Below the pieces are notes generated by a model. It saw nothing but the letters and a program-made list of their open reading frames with translations. It did not search any database and was not told the DNA's origin. Position numbers and translations under genes: made by a program. Positions 50,217-63,465 of a stretch of 64,000 nt of DNA are shown in pieces. The stretch is from the human T2T-CHM13v2.0 reference genome, Homo sapiens, in assembly GCF_009914755.1 (NCBI RefSeq), contig NC_060932.1; one strand, 5' to 3'. How positions within the stretch are numbered: position 1 is the stretch's first letter; each line of letters begins with the position of its first letter.

Positions 50217-50710
50217 TCTTTTTTTTCTTTTATTATTATACTTTAAGTTTTAGGGTACATGTGCACATTGTGCAGGTTAGTTACATATGTATACAAGTGC
50301 CACACTGGTGCACTGCACCCACTAACTTGTCATCTAGCATTAGGTATTATCTCCCAATGCTATCCCTCCCCCCTCGCCCCACCCCACAACAGGCCCTGGT
50401 GTGTGAAGTTCCCCTTCCTGTGTCCGTGTGTTCTCACTGTTCAATTCCCACCTATGAGTGAGAACATGCGGTGTTTGGTTTTTTGTTCTTGCGATAGTTT
50501 GCTGAGAATGATGGTTTCCAGCTTCATCCATGTCCCTACAAAGGACATGAACTCATCATTTTTTATGGCTGCATAGTATTCCATGGTGTATATGTGCCAC
50601 ATTTTCTTAATCCAGTCTATCATTGTTGGACATTTGGGTTGGTTCCAAGTCTTTGCTATTGTGAATAATGCCGCAATAAACATATGTGTGCATGTGTCTT
50701 TATAGCAGCA
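50217..50710 (-). mobile_element. L1PA2-like 3' end
   Basis: AGTTTTAGGGTACATGTGCACATTGTGCAGGTTAGTTAC and CCCACTAACTTGTCATCTAGC (not the Ta ACA variant). Intact ORF2 C-terminus CCYKDTCTHMFIAALF...HRMFSLIGGN. Confidence 0.92.
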
Positions 50711-50765
50711 AAAATCACAAGCATTCTTATACACCAACAACAGACAAACAGAGAGCCAAATCATG
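50709..50765 (+). mobile_element. Inverted L1 ORF2 segment (5' inversion, twin priming)
   Basis: CAAAAATCACAAGCATTCTTATACACCAACAACAGACAAACAGAGAGCCAAATCATG = QKSQAFLYTNNRQTESQIM, on the opposite strand to the adjacent L1. Confidence 0.92.
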
Positions 50766-50950
50766 GATTTCTTTTCATTACTCAAATTCTGATGCATGTC
50801 CCAGTAGCAATACAGATAATGTTACTGTCTCAAGGAAGATTTCAACATTTCAAATGAAACACATGTCTATGGAGTGTGAATGTGAGGGACTGCACTTTCT
50901 GACCCTCAGTATTGCTGAAAGGGTCACAAGTGTATCAGGAACCTACCCTA

Positions 50951-51252
50951 GAGTAGGCACGGTGGCTCATGTCTGTAATCTCAACACTTTGGGAGACTGA
51001 GGCAGGTGGATCACTTGAGGCCAGGAATTTGAGACTAGCCTGGGCAGCATAGGGTGACCCCATCTCTACAAAAATAGAAGAAAAAAAAGTAGCCAGGCAT
51101 GGTGGTATGTGCCTGTAGTCCCAGCAACTATGGAGGCTGAGGTGGAAAGATCACTGGAGCCTGGGAGTTTGAGGCTGCAAGAGCCGTGATCACACCACCA
51201 CACTCCAGCCTGGGCAACAGAGCAAGACCCTGCCTCAAAACAACAACAAAAA
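50951..51252 (+). mobile_element. AluJ
   Basis: GGATCACTTGAGGCCAGG..GGGAGTTTGAGGCTGCA..AAGACCCTG. Degenerate TSD AGGAACCTACCCTA/AGATACCTACCTTA. Confidence 0.92.
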
Positions 51253-51634
51253 AGATACCTACCTTACACAAGCTATAGCTTTCTTAAAACCACACCAATC
51301 TGGAGTCCATGCATCTTCATTACTGTTTTTGTTCTTAGAGTTTTTTTTTATATCTTCATCATTGTACTTTTATAGACAGGTAATTTTGAGATACTACCGC
51401 AGGTTGATTCTTCCATATTTTTTGTATCTTTTTTTCTGCTATTCAGGCAGAAGAACAGCTTTCTAAATTCACTGCATTCATGGGAAACAGTTATTTAACC
51501 TGGAAGACAAAAAGACACATTTTTTAGATTTTAATTCCAAATAAAGTTTCTTAAAACATATAACAAAGGAGTCGGCTTAAAACCAAACCCACAAGATGAT
51601 CACAGGAGGCATGATGAGGAACAGTGGCCTTATA

Positions 51635-52920
51635 TCAAGGATATTTTTATTTTGTCCTTACTTTGAAGCTGGACATAATATTCTATATTCCCTTTAAAAA
51701 TAGTAAAGGCATTATTCTGTTGGCTTCATGCCTCCAAACACTTACGCAGTGTTGCTGTTGACAACAATTTATTTCTCCTTCTTTTGTGTGTGATATGATT
51801 TTCTCTTTGAAGGCTTTTGGATTTTTCTCTGTGGTCTTCCAAAATTTCACCTTTTTTATAGCAAAGTGTTTTACTTAACCTATGTCACCCTGTGTGCCCT
51901 TTAAAATGGAAACCTTCTCAGCCCAACATTTCCTCCACTATTTATTCTCTGCTTAATGTCTCTTTCCTCTCTCTCTCCTCTGGAATTTATGTTTTAAAGA
52001 TGTTGACATTTTATTTCTACACTTGTATTTAGTAGCTACATTGTTATGTTTTCTGTCTCTGTATTTCTTTATTTTGGGGGTGGGGCGCATGCTCTGCTGG
52101 ACAGATCCTTAGCCTGGTCTTTCAGATCAGTAACTTGTTCTTTGCAGACTTTTGTGTTTGTCCTAGCAAATGTGTCCATTGTTCTTTATAATTGCTTGTC
52201 TCTGCTTCATGTTACAAACACTTTTAAAAAAATTATTTGGAGAGTGTTTTCAATACCTGCTTTCTCGGGTTCATTACCTTTGGCCCACTTGCTCTAGATC
52301 CTCTACTCTGTTTTTATTTTGTTGAAGTTGTACTCCTCACATCTCATGATATTTCCCTTGTAAACTCATAGTCCTCTGGTGAAAATTTGAATGGGGGAAA
52401 AGCAAAAACTTCCCTTTAACTACATTCTCCTCAGATAACTGTGTCTCTCAGGGCTGTACCTGTACTTTTGAGCACCGTCATGCTCTTCATTCAAGATGAT
52501 TTATGAGGTGCAGAGGAGTGAGCAGAGAAGGCCAGCTGGTTTACCTGCACATGACCTTAGGCACGCCTTACCCACTCAGGCCTTAGGATCCCTGCTATTT
52601 CCTTGTCGTCCTTCACCAGCCCGGCCTGGTGTGGCGTATTTTCAGCCACAGGCAATCTTGAGGAAGAAAGGGAGCATATCTAGAATGGAAACTGGATCTA
52701 TCCCCATCTGAATCATCCCAATGTGTCTCCCCATGGTACTCTCTCTGCTGACACGGGACCCATCTGTGCTCTGTCTTCCCTAGGATATCCCCATCATTTC
52801 ATGCTCATTTCTCAAATCCATAGGCCTCGTAGTCATTTTCTGTGTTATCACAAGGTTGAATGTCAAGGAAATAGCCAGAAACCCATATTTGTTGGTCACC
52901 TTGACAACAACCAGAAATTA
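51635..52920 (-). mobile_element. Very old L1/HAL1 5'-ORF1 region
   Basis: T-rich: TTTTCTCTTTGAAGGCTTTTGGATTTTTCTCT, CTCTGGAATTTATGTT. Ends GTCACCTTGAC..ACCAGAAAT. Confidence 0.5.
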
Positions 52921-53067
52921 TCCTATTATCTGGGCATTTTTTATGTCCTCTTTTGTAGTCACTAGATGATGAATTCCAGGACACATAGGTTGAACTGAGT
53001 AATTTTTAGATGAGAAGAGAAACTTTAATAATGGAAAAGGTTAGGAGCCCTTGCTTTACTTATCCCC

Positions 53068-53262
53068 TAGTGGTTTCAAACTCATTTTCTTCAAGCCGTA
53101 GGGGTTCAGCAAAGGACCCAGCTGAAGTGGATGGGTGTTTAGTATTTAAGCTTCCTATTTTAACCACCTGTCTTATTTATAGCTGATCTACATATGGAGG
53201 TTTCACTTAAGATTTAGATGAATAAAAGATTTCAAAGATAAAAACAAGGTTTGAAAATCACA
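53068..53262. mobile_element. hAT-Charlie-type MITE
   Basis: Degenerate terminal inverted repeats TAGTGGTTTCAAACT ... AGGTTTGAAAATCAC. Confidence 0.5.
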
Positions 53263-53266
53263 ATCA

Positions 53267-53560
53267 GGCTGGGTGCAGTGGCTCACACTTGTAATCTCAC
53301 CACTTTGGGAGGCCGAGGCAAGCAGATTGCTTGAGTCCAGGAGTTCGAGACAAGCCTGGGCAACATGGCGAAACCCCAACTCTATAAAAAAATACAAAAA
53401 TTAGCTGGGCATAGTGGTGTTTGCCTGTAGTCCCAGCAACTCAGGGTGCTGAAGTGGGAGGATCACTTGAGTCCAGGAGGTGGAGGATGCAGTGAACCAT
53501 GACCACCTCACTGCACTCCAACCTAGGCAACAGATAAAGACCCTTTCTCAAAAGAAAAAA
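53267..53560 (+). mobile_element. AluJ
   Basis: GGCTGGGTGCAGTGGCTCAC..GGAGGATCACTTGAG..AAGACCCT. TSD GAAAATCACAATCA (53253-53266) vs GAAAATCACAATTG (53561-53574). Confidence 0.94.
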
Positions 53561-53779
53561 GAAAATCACAATTGTATTGTTTTTACAGTTTACAAAGAGC
53601 TTTCATAGACAATATGCCATTTGTTTTTCTCTAGATGCTTTGGAGACTCTAATTTTACTATAAGGAGCATCGTTTCAGAAAGGTGACTCTTATAAGATCA
53701 CATGACAATCAAGTAGCAAAGCTCAAACTAGCAGTGGGGTTTATCTATTTAATAAGTGTGCTTCTTCCTTCTTCTGTAT

Positions 53780-54110
53780 CAGAAGTTGGCACACTTTCTT
53801 TATATATGACCAAATGGTAAATATTTTAGCATTTGCTTGCCTTATGGTCCCTGACACAGCTGCTGAACTCTGTAGTTACAGTGCAAAAGCATCCGTAGAT
53901 AATATGTAAATAAATGAGCATGACTGTGTTCCAATAAAACTTTTCTTATGAACACAAATTTGAATATCATGTATTTTTCATGTGTCACAAACCATTATTT
54001 TTATTTCTATCAACGATTTAGAAATGTAAAAACTACCATTAGCTTGCAGGTTGTACAAAAACAAACAGTGGACCAGATTAGACTCATGGGACATTGTTCA
54101 CTGATGCTTG
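53780..54110 (-). mobile_element. MER58B (hAT-Charlie)
   Basis: CAGAAGTTGGCACACTTT..TGTGTTCCAATAAAACTTT..TTTTCATGTGTCACAAA..GTACAAAAACA. Confidence 0.87.
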
Positions 54111-57100
54111 GTGCACCTCATTGTAGAAAAACTAGAAGTAACAATAATTAATGAATATGACACAGCGGCCCTCTGACACGCTTGGTTCTGGAAGAAACCC
54201 TATGCCACCATTAAGTGGTCGTGGTTGGGAAAACTAGGAGCAAGAAACCAAGTAAGAAATCCAAATGTACCAAGGCAAATGGGAATTGTGGAGGCAACAA
54301 GCATTCTATAGTTCATATTTTAAAAATTATTTGATCTTCATAATATCTCACGTGCTTATTCCCGATCTCTTCATACAAGTGAAAAAAAGTGTTGGACATG
54401 TTAGTGATGTGTCTGAAGTCACAAAAATAATGTATGTAACCAGGATTCAACTCTAGACCTGGTGAAATGAAAGCTCCTGTTCCTGCCCAGGGTACCATAT
54501 GGCCTCACGTGGGATGCTAAAAAAGAGGAACGAAATAAAGTGAGAGGTACAACTTTGTGAGAACCTGGTGTATTTTCAGGGAAGAGGACCATTATAATCT
54601 AAGACTCACAACTTAGTATAAAAATAGCAGTGAAATATAGCTTAAAGCCCAAAGTCACTAAAAAAATGCATTCTGAGTTTTTTTAAGAAAAATAAATTTC
54701 CTGTATCAAATGCTTGCTATTTCACATCTTTGAACTCAGGGTTGAAAAACACTATTTGTTTTGAAGTTATAAGTGAAAAACATCAGATTAAAAGAATATT
54801 AGCTTCGTAGCAAAAGGGAACAAAATGCAATTAGAAGTGGTCATCTTGGATTTAAAGGAAAATTAAGAAAAAAAAGTGTCAGCTTTAGTTTTCTTAAACT
54901 CTCTTTTCTCTAACAGAAGGAGATGGAATAGAGACCTCTCCATTCTTTGTGATGCCAGCAATTCTGTACTCACAATAAGAGAGCCATTTCTTTTCATGTT
55001 CAATTCACCATGCGTTCTAAAGTAAGCTTTACCACATATATTTTAGAACTAGATCATTATTGCTTTCCAATGTCAAAATACTGACCACAAGATCTTTGAT
55101 AACAGAGAGGCAGCCACATAAGTATTTCTTTCCAGCTGTTACTGGTTTTTAGAGATTGCAATATGGTTGTGTTTGGAATAGAACTGCTGATATTATTAAC
55201 TGACTTTTTGGTGCCAAGCATATGAAACAGGAAAGAAAAAATCCGTGCAACTTGATTTCTTTCTGTCCAACATTCCTCACCAGAACTCTAGGACTCTAAC
55301 TCTGCGAGGGAGCTCAGCTCACCCTTTCTTGTTTCTCCCTCCAAGGAGAAACAGATTGGTCAGATTCCAGGATGTTGATTGAGCCAAGTCTTCAGTAGTG
55401 AGCAGGGTCTAAAGATTTCCTCCCTTGATGTGGGTTACTAGACTTCCCCTGCCATCCATGAGAAGGGAGCAGTGAGATCCCCTGTGGTTTCCTTCCTGAT
55501 GCTGAAGGCCAGCAATCTCTCTCTTCTCTCTTGTCTATAGTTTAGAAGTGTCAAGTAGAGGACCTGCAAGTGGTCAACCTCTATCTTTATTCTGCTTCTT
55601 CCTTCTCTATATCTAAAGGAGGAGAGATGTACCTGTGCCACAGTCTCTGTGTTTTCTCTGTACCTATTCTGTCACTGTTCCATTTTCTCTCCCTGCATGA
55701 TATTGACTGGAAGATGGTAAAATCATGAGACTCAAGTTAAGCCCCAGTAAGTAAAGTGAAGACCACAGTAGGACTTGAACTCAGGTCATAGACTTTGGAC
55801 CAGCCTCCCAGAATTCTAATAAAGTAGAACCTTTTGTCCCCCTATATATTTCTGTTTTCTGTGTGCACATCTTCTTACAAAATTCATAGAGATAATAAAT
55901 ATAGTGTAGAGTAGGATTCCTGGATCCCTGCAGTTCCCCAGGATTCCCTAGATGACATTTTAAAATAATAATTTAATATTTTCAAACATTCTAAGAATTT
56001 GTTGAGAGAGGAATTCTATTAAACTAAAAGTAGATTTATTTCATAAGTAATAACGATGTGACTTTTTAAATGTTTTCATTTCTTCAAGCATCTTTCTTGG
56101 GTTTAATATCATTTCAAATTCATTTCCTATTTGTCCACCAAAGAAAAGCTCTGGAATGTGGTTTATAAAATCAGAGTATTGAAGTTATATTCATAAATAT
56201 TTTAAAGTTGTCCTTGATTTTTTTATTTTTAAATTTGAATTTTAAAAAACTTGCCTAATCAAACCCACATAATTTTCATAAAGATAAAAATGCAGTAAGA
56301 GGCTGAAATGCTTTGAAAACTGAGAAATGATACAAATGAGAGGACATTTAAAACAATAAAAATGATGCATTATACAACGCAATATGTTAAAAATAAGAAC
56401 TGCAGTATAAAAGGAAATATAAAAAGCTAATTGTGTTTCCTCAATAGGAGAACTTCTAGCTTCTTATTAATCCTCTGAGCAATCCCACCATTAGACTTTG
56501 CAAATCTAATTTATTTTTGTATCCAGGAAGTTGTTAAATTATTTGGAACAAGGTTCTTTAAACGTATACCCAGCACTATTGGTTCCCAATTGCTTTATTC
56601 TTACCTTGATATACCTCGTTTTCCTCCAGAATGGGGGAGATTGAGATGTGACTAAAAATAGGGGAAAAAAATTACAGACCTTAAAAAGCCTGCTAGCTTG
56701 CAGAGTGTGCTGGCTGTTTGGGGGAATATGTTTCTCTGAAAGTCAGGGATGGGAATCAATTTTTATTCTCTACTATCAAGTCCTAAGTCCAAATAATACA
56801 TAGGGGTGAATACTAGAGGGATCGGAAACTAAGCTCTTTGTAGCTAAGCTCTCATTCTAGTAAAAAAAAAAAGAAAAAAGTTTTTGAAGGTGTACATTGT
56901 TATTTCTTGCTTTCAGCCCAGTGGGAGCTTCATACATGTTCAAGAATCTAGTTTAAGATTCTAGCTCTGCCCTAAACTCCTTATTCCAAGCATGGGACGA
57001 GGAGTCCACTATGGCATTCAGATGTGTGTGGAACGGACTGCTTTGTATTGCAGGTGATGATATTGTTTCTCTTAAACAGCATTGCAGAAGAAAGAGGGGG

Positions 57101-57744
57101 AGTGTTCCAGAAGAGGTGTTGGGAAGATTGGGGACCTCACATCATGGATCACAGAGCATGACTAATGTACCTGCAGGTATGTCATAATGTTATGTAGTGT
57201 GAACTGGCATTTAGGAGGGCAATGAAGAAATTATGTTGGTTCCATATGTGTAGAATCATAAATGGTGAGAAGGAATTATGAATATTTTTATCACACTGAA
57301 TTTGGTGGGGTGTTTTTCCCTGTGGTGTACCTAAAACACACCGTACTTTATCTCACTTCATGCAGTTTCCTGTGCTCAGAGCTTACCCAACCTGTCATCT
57401 ACCTCACTACAGCTTTATCTTCCTGATTCCAGATTGTTACTTAGTCATCACTTCCTCTAAAGAGGCCTCCATGTCATTGAATCTTGCTGTTTAGGCTCAT
57501 TTCATTTTTGTTTGGGCTTATTTTAAAGTTATATAAAAAACCAATGACTCTTAAAGGGGCCTGACCATCTTCTTACTATGTAACAATAAACTAATTTTAT
57601 TGGTATGGATTTAATTTGGATATCTGACTGTTCTCCTGAATTCACCTACCCCTCATTCTATTATTTAATGAGACTGATTTTTATAACCTGTAAATATACC
57701 ATAGTACTAGAATTCTTAAGCCATGTAATAGCCCTCTAAAAATT

Positions 57745-58610
57745 AAAATCACTTCCTAGCCAGGCTAATATTTCCCTCTCCAGCCTCAATCTCTTCCCTT
57801 TGTTGAAGACAACCAGAGCCAGACACTCATTAAGGGGGTAAAGATAAATTTTATTCAGAAACCATCTTAATAGGGGAAAAGAGACTTCAGACGAGAACTG
57901 AGCACAATTCACAATACAACCAGGAAGCTTTAGGGTTTTCAGCCAAGGAGCAGGAGAGGGTGGTTAGTGGATGGAAAATTACTAAGAGGAGATATCAAGG
58001 GTAGGAGGATTCTTGCTAAACTAAAAACAGGATTCTTGCTGAAGACAGCCCAGGGTGATGAGTGGGGAGTGAGGAATGTGATCAAATATCACGGGTGGAG
58101 GCTTCCCACTAAACTGACTTAGCAGGATTCTTGCTGCAGCTGGGCTATACAATTCCAGCAAGGATGGGGGCAAAGGTTGACACCTAGCTGAGCAGGGGAC
58201 TAAGAGCAGCCTGACTAAAGTTTGGTGAAGGAGAGAGTCTGTCACATTTCACCCATCAAAACCTACATTCCAGTGATGTCATTCCTCCTCTGAACTCCTT
58301 CCTCTTCAGAACCTTGGCTTATGACAGTCTCTCAGTCTGGTCCCTGTTGCTCCTCATCTCTTAGTTCGGATGTTCCTCCAGGTGTCAGGATAGATGCACC
58401 TTTCCCAGGATTTTTTTCTCTGATGCCTTCAAGTCTCAGCCAGCAGCCTCTCACAAGCACTTCTCACATGTGGTTGAAGTGATCCAGTTCACGAAACTAC
58501 ACATTCCTTAAAGTCAGAGGCCATGTCTGTCTTGTTCATTGTTGCATTCCTGGCATCCTCCTTAGTATCTGCTACTCTTTGGATCCACCATGTATTTATC
58601 AAATAAATAA
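57745..58610 (+). mobile_element. L2 fragment interrupted by MER31
   Basis: CTCTCCAGCCTCAATCTC | ... CCTTCAAGTCTCAGC..ATGTCTGTCTTGTTCATTGTTG..AAATAAATAA. Confidence 0.55.
57801..58244 (-). mobile_element. ERV1 solo LTR, MER31-like
   Basis: Ends CCTGACTAAAGTTTGGTGAAGGAGAGAGTCTGTCA. Repeated AGGATTCTTGCT. TSD CCTT/CATT. Confidence 0.85.
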
Positions 58611-58879
58611 TGATCATGACTCGTACTGTATCCTAAATTCCTGTGGGGGTGACTAAACATAGAATTAGCAGCTGTTGGTATGGAAGCAAGTCCCACTTTA
58701 GGGCTCAGAAAGGCCTCTCTTGGGCCTTTTCAGAATTTTCTGTAACTGAAAATTCCCAGGGAGCTCTTCCAGGCTGGGAAGAGGGCCATTCTTACTAATT
58801 TTGTTAGGACTTAGGGGGCTGGGAGGACCAGCCTAACTAGATAGTCCAGGGAAAATTATTTCAATCTACTAAATAGGAT

Positions 58880-59225
58880 GACTTTTCCCAGCCTACTGAA
58901 AATGAGCCCTTCCTATGGTCTGTTGCCAGGATGACTGTGCATTGGGAAAAAGGAAATACTCATACCTTCTGGGGATTACCGGACATAGGCTCTAAACTGA
59001 TACTGTTTCCAGGAGAACAAAAATGTCACTCTGGCCCCACCAGTCAGTCAAAGCGGAGAGCTTAAAATCCACTGTAAGTGAGGTGATCAATGGAGTTTTA
59101 GCTCAGGCCCATCTCCTCATGAGACCATTGGATCCCTGGGCCCATCCTGTGGTTACTTTCCCAGTTACAAAAGGCATAATTAAAATAGACATACTCAGCA
59201 ACTGCAGGATCCCCACTGTGGCTCT
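58880..59225 (+). pseudogene. ERVL protease fossil
   Basis: Translates LWSVARMTVHWEKGNTHTFWGLPDIGSKLILFPGEQKCHSGP / EVINGVLAQAHL..HPVVTFPV..IIKIDILSN. Compare ERVL Pro VTVHWGKG..GLLDTGSELTLIPG..QVINGVLAQV..HPVVISP..IIGIDILSSW. Active site DTG is changed to DIG. Confidence 0.88.
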
Positions 59226-60020
59226 GGGAGAAGCTGACTGATCCCCCTTCAAGGGAATCCTTCAGAGAGATGACGACCACTTTTTGCAGGTAGAAGTCCA
59301 ACGGTCACCCTTTTTTATTCCTTTAAAGTGTCTGATCAATGAAGTACATGTGTAAAGATCAATTGTCAAGTAAGAACAAAATGCCATCTTTATTCATCTA
59401 TTTAACCACTGAAAATTTCATATTCAGGAAAAACACGAGGTTGAGCTTGTGGATAAACACTGGACAGAGACCCAAGTTATCACTCTCATTAACAAGAATC
59501 TGCTGAGAAAGATCATAGGGGCCGCCCTTCCTAACCCAGGTCTAAGAGTCACAGAGAGAACTAGGCCCGTCCATTGTGTTCTTGCTTACCAGGAGCCAGA
59601 GGACAGGAAGACCGGTGTTTACTCCTCCAGGAAGAGAAAGAGGCAGAGCAGGACATGCAATTGATACGCTTGTGCTTGTAATGCAGCGGCCCCAGCACAA
59701 GTAAAGCATGACCCTTAAAATCCAAAAACGCTTGCAATCAGTAGGAAAATTAAAGTTCCTAGGAATATGTAGTTATATATACACATCAAAGTCAAAGAGA
59801 TGCTCCAAAAATGTGAAAACTGAGAGAAGACATTTGAAGTCTTCTGGTCTAGCAAGACCCTCAACCACTAGTTCCTTCTGCTGCAGTTCTTACGGCCTCT
59901 CGTGACCACTATTAGGGATGGAGAATTATGGCCCCTGGAGGTCTGTTATTCCTTTTGTAGATGGTTTTCACTGTCATCATCCTGAGGCTGTTCCCTGTAA
60001 CTTCTTCCCTTTTATGGTTT

Positions 60021-60577
<557 letters not shown>

Positions 60578-60581
60578 ATCT

Positions 60582-60922
60582 ACGCCTTAATCTTCTCAGG
60601 CTGCTGTAACCAACTACCATAGACTGAGTGCCTTCAACAATAAACATCTATTTTTTCAAAGTTTTGGAACTTGGAAAGCTAAGATCAAGGTGCCAGTAGT
60701 TCCAGTGTCCAGCCATGGTCTTCTTCTGGGTTCATGGATGGCCATCTTCTTGTTGTGTCCTCATGTGGCAGAAAGGGTAAAAAGGCTCTCAAGGGTCACT
60801 TACAGGAGTGAACTCTCACAACCTAATCACCCCCAAAGGCATCATCTCCTAATATTATCAACTCGGGGGTTAAGATCTCAACATGAATTTTGAGGGCATG
60901 CATACATTCAGCACACATGGCA
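60582..60922 (-). mobile_element. MLT1A-type solo LTR
   Basis: GGCTGCTGTAACCAACTACCATAGACTG..AAGATCAAGGTGCCAG..ACCTAATCACC..TCAACATGAATTTTG..ACATTCAG. Confidence 0.85.
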
Positions 60923-61499
60923 ATGCATTATTCCAATGTAAAAGTTGAATGTGACTTCACATATTACCCCTTCAATACTTAAAAAGGGCACCATGTCTAT
61001 GTCAAAACGCATCAGGATCAGCAAAAGAAAAACAGAAGAGATCTACACTTTTTAATCGATGACAACAAAATAATTTTTGGACTTCCGATATTACACTGTA
61101 GTCCATAAATTAGACCAACAAGCCTTGGTAGGCAAAAATCAATTCTGTTTTAGTTTTAATGCTGCCATTTATGTGTGATAAGCTAAATTTGCCCAGTAAA
61201 ATTCTCTCTCATGTAAAATTAAGTTAAAAAGTGAGCAGAGCCACTTAAAATAAATTGGCCGAATATTGCTCAATTTTTAGCCAGCTGTGCCCAACTCCTT
61301 AGGACAGTGATAATCAAATGAAGACATTCTCTGATGTTCTTGATCAAGCAGGAAAGTATAAGATGGTCTATTCCAAACTCTGACCTGACAACAAAGACAA
61401 GCTATAGGAAATGTTCTGGCATCCTGAGTCTAACAGACAGGTCAAGAAATAAACTAAACCAATTTGAAGAATTCTACAAAATCAGAGATGGAAGAGACT

Positions 61500-61667
61500 A
61501 TTTATTTATTTGGTTATTTAGAGACAGAGTCTCACTCTGCTGTCCAGGCTGGTGTGCTGTGGCATGATCTTGGCTCACCGCAACCTCCGCTTCCCAGGTT
61601 CAAGCAATTCTCATGCCTCAGCCTCCCAAGTAGCTGGGATTATAGGCATAAGCCACTGCACCCATCC
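61500..61667 (-). mobile_element. Monomeric AluS (left-arm start fused to right arm)
   Basis: Sense strand reads GGATGGGTGCAGTGGCTTATGCCTATAATCCCAGC then TACTTGGGAGGCTGAGGCATGAGAATTGCTTGAACC. TSD TGGAAGAGACT (61489-61499) vs CAGAAGAGACT (61668-61678). Confidence 0.85.
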
Positions 61668-61900
61668 CAGAAGAGACTTTAGAAATGATGTAGTTCAGCC
61701 TTCTCTAACCACATATGAAAAAACCGAAAATCATAGAGATGAAGTGAAATGACTTAAGTCAGAGATAAAAATGTGACTATGGCTGTATCTCAAATTAGGA
61801 AACCTGAATGCATGTTTTTAGTTACAAGAATTTTACTTTGAAAAAATATAAAATAAATTTGCCAATCACTTCCCTTAAGACAAAAAGTAATTGGTGTGTT

Positions 61901-62575
61901 CTTTCATAGCTTTCTTGAGATAAAATGTATGTGCAATTCACCCATTGTAGGTATATATTTCTATAATTTTCAGTAAATTTTATAATTGTTCAACCATCAA
62001 TGCAATCCAGTTTTAGAACACTTTCTACATTTCCTAAATTTCCCTTATGCTCCTTTATAGTTAAATACCTCCTATTCCCAGCCCTAGGCAACCACTGATC
62101 TGCTGTCCGTATAATTGTGCCATTTACGGCCATTTCATTGAATGGAAATGTGATATGGGGTGTTCTGTGTCTGGCTTCTTTAGTTAGAATAGTATATTTA
62201 ATGTTCATCTATGTTGAAGCACGTATCAGTAATTTGTAACTTTTTATTGGTGAATAGTACTCCACTGCGTGTGGCATATCACATTTCATTTATCTGACAG
62301 GTAATAAAACTTTGGTTTGTTTGCAGTTTTGGTTATTATGAATACTGCTTCTGTAAACATTCAGGTGTATGTCTTTTGTAGACATGCATCTTTATTTTTC
62401 TTGAATAGATTCCTAACAGTAGAATTTTTGTGATACATATATCTCACAGGTTCAGGTTTAATGTTATTTAATTGCCAAACTGGCTTTCAAAGTGGTTGTA
62501 CCACTTTACACGCCCACCAGAAACATACTAATGTTACGGTGGAGCATGTCCTCATCAAAACTTGGTATTATCTGT
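61901..62575 (-). mobile_element. L1MB-type 3' UTR
   Basis: CAATCCAGTTTTAGAACACTTT..CCCAGCCCTAGGCAACCACTGATCTGCT..TTTCAAAGTGGTTGTACCACTTTACA. Confidence 0.87.
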
Positions 62576-62760
62576 TGTTATGGACTAAATATTTGTGTTC
62601 CCCCCAAAATTCATATTGATACCCTAGCCCCCTATGTGATGGTATTTGGAGACAGGGCCTTTGAGAGGTAATTACTTTTAGATGAGTTCATGAGAGTGAG
62701 GATCTCATGATGAGATCTGTGTCCTTCTAAAAAGAGGAAGACAGACCAGAGTGTTCCCCA
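62576..62760 (+). mobile_element. MLT1A-type LTR 5' fragment
   Basis: TGTTATGGACTAAATATTTGTGTTCCCCCCAAAATTCATA..GTGATGGTATTTGGAGACAGGGCCTTTG. Confidence 0.8.
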
Positions 62761-63097
62761 CTCCGACTTTATTTTAGGTTGATGGGATGAGAAATACAGA
62801 TTTGATTGCCACAGTGAATGAACTAAATTACTGGGAAAAACCATTTGGAACAGTCATCTATAAGAGAGCTTTAGAAGTAATAATAATAACTACCATGTTT
62901 ATTTTTAGCAAGTCCCATGTGCCAGTCATTAAGCACTTAGCATATAGTAATTCATTTAACTTTCCAAAGTTAAACTTACCACACCGTCTTATAATAAATT
63001 ACCTATGAATCTTCTTTCCATGATAGCAGGAGATAGGCTTTATTCAACTTTGGATCCCCAAAACTTATCACAGCAGTTGGCACAGAATAAGTGCTCA

Positions 63098-63102
<5 letters not shown>

Positions 63103-63144
<42 letters not shown>
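63103..63144. repeat. (TG)21 microsatellite
   Basis: Read directly. Confidence 0.96.

Positions 63145-63465
<321 letters not shown>

Noticed and set aside
50441-50797. 118-aa ORF with clear protein homology
   Set aside because: Chance in-frame fusion of flank, antisense inverted L1 and the L1 ORF2 C-terminus. No promoter or evidence of a gene.
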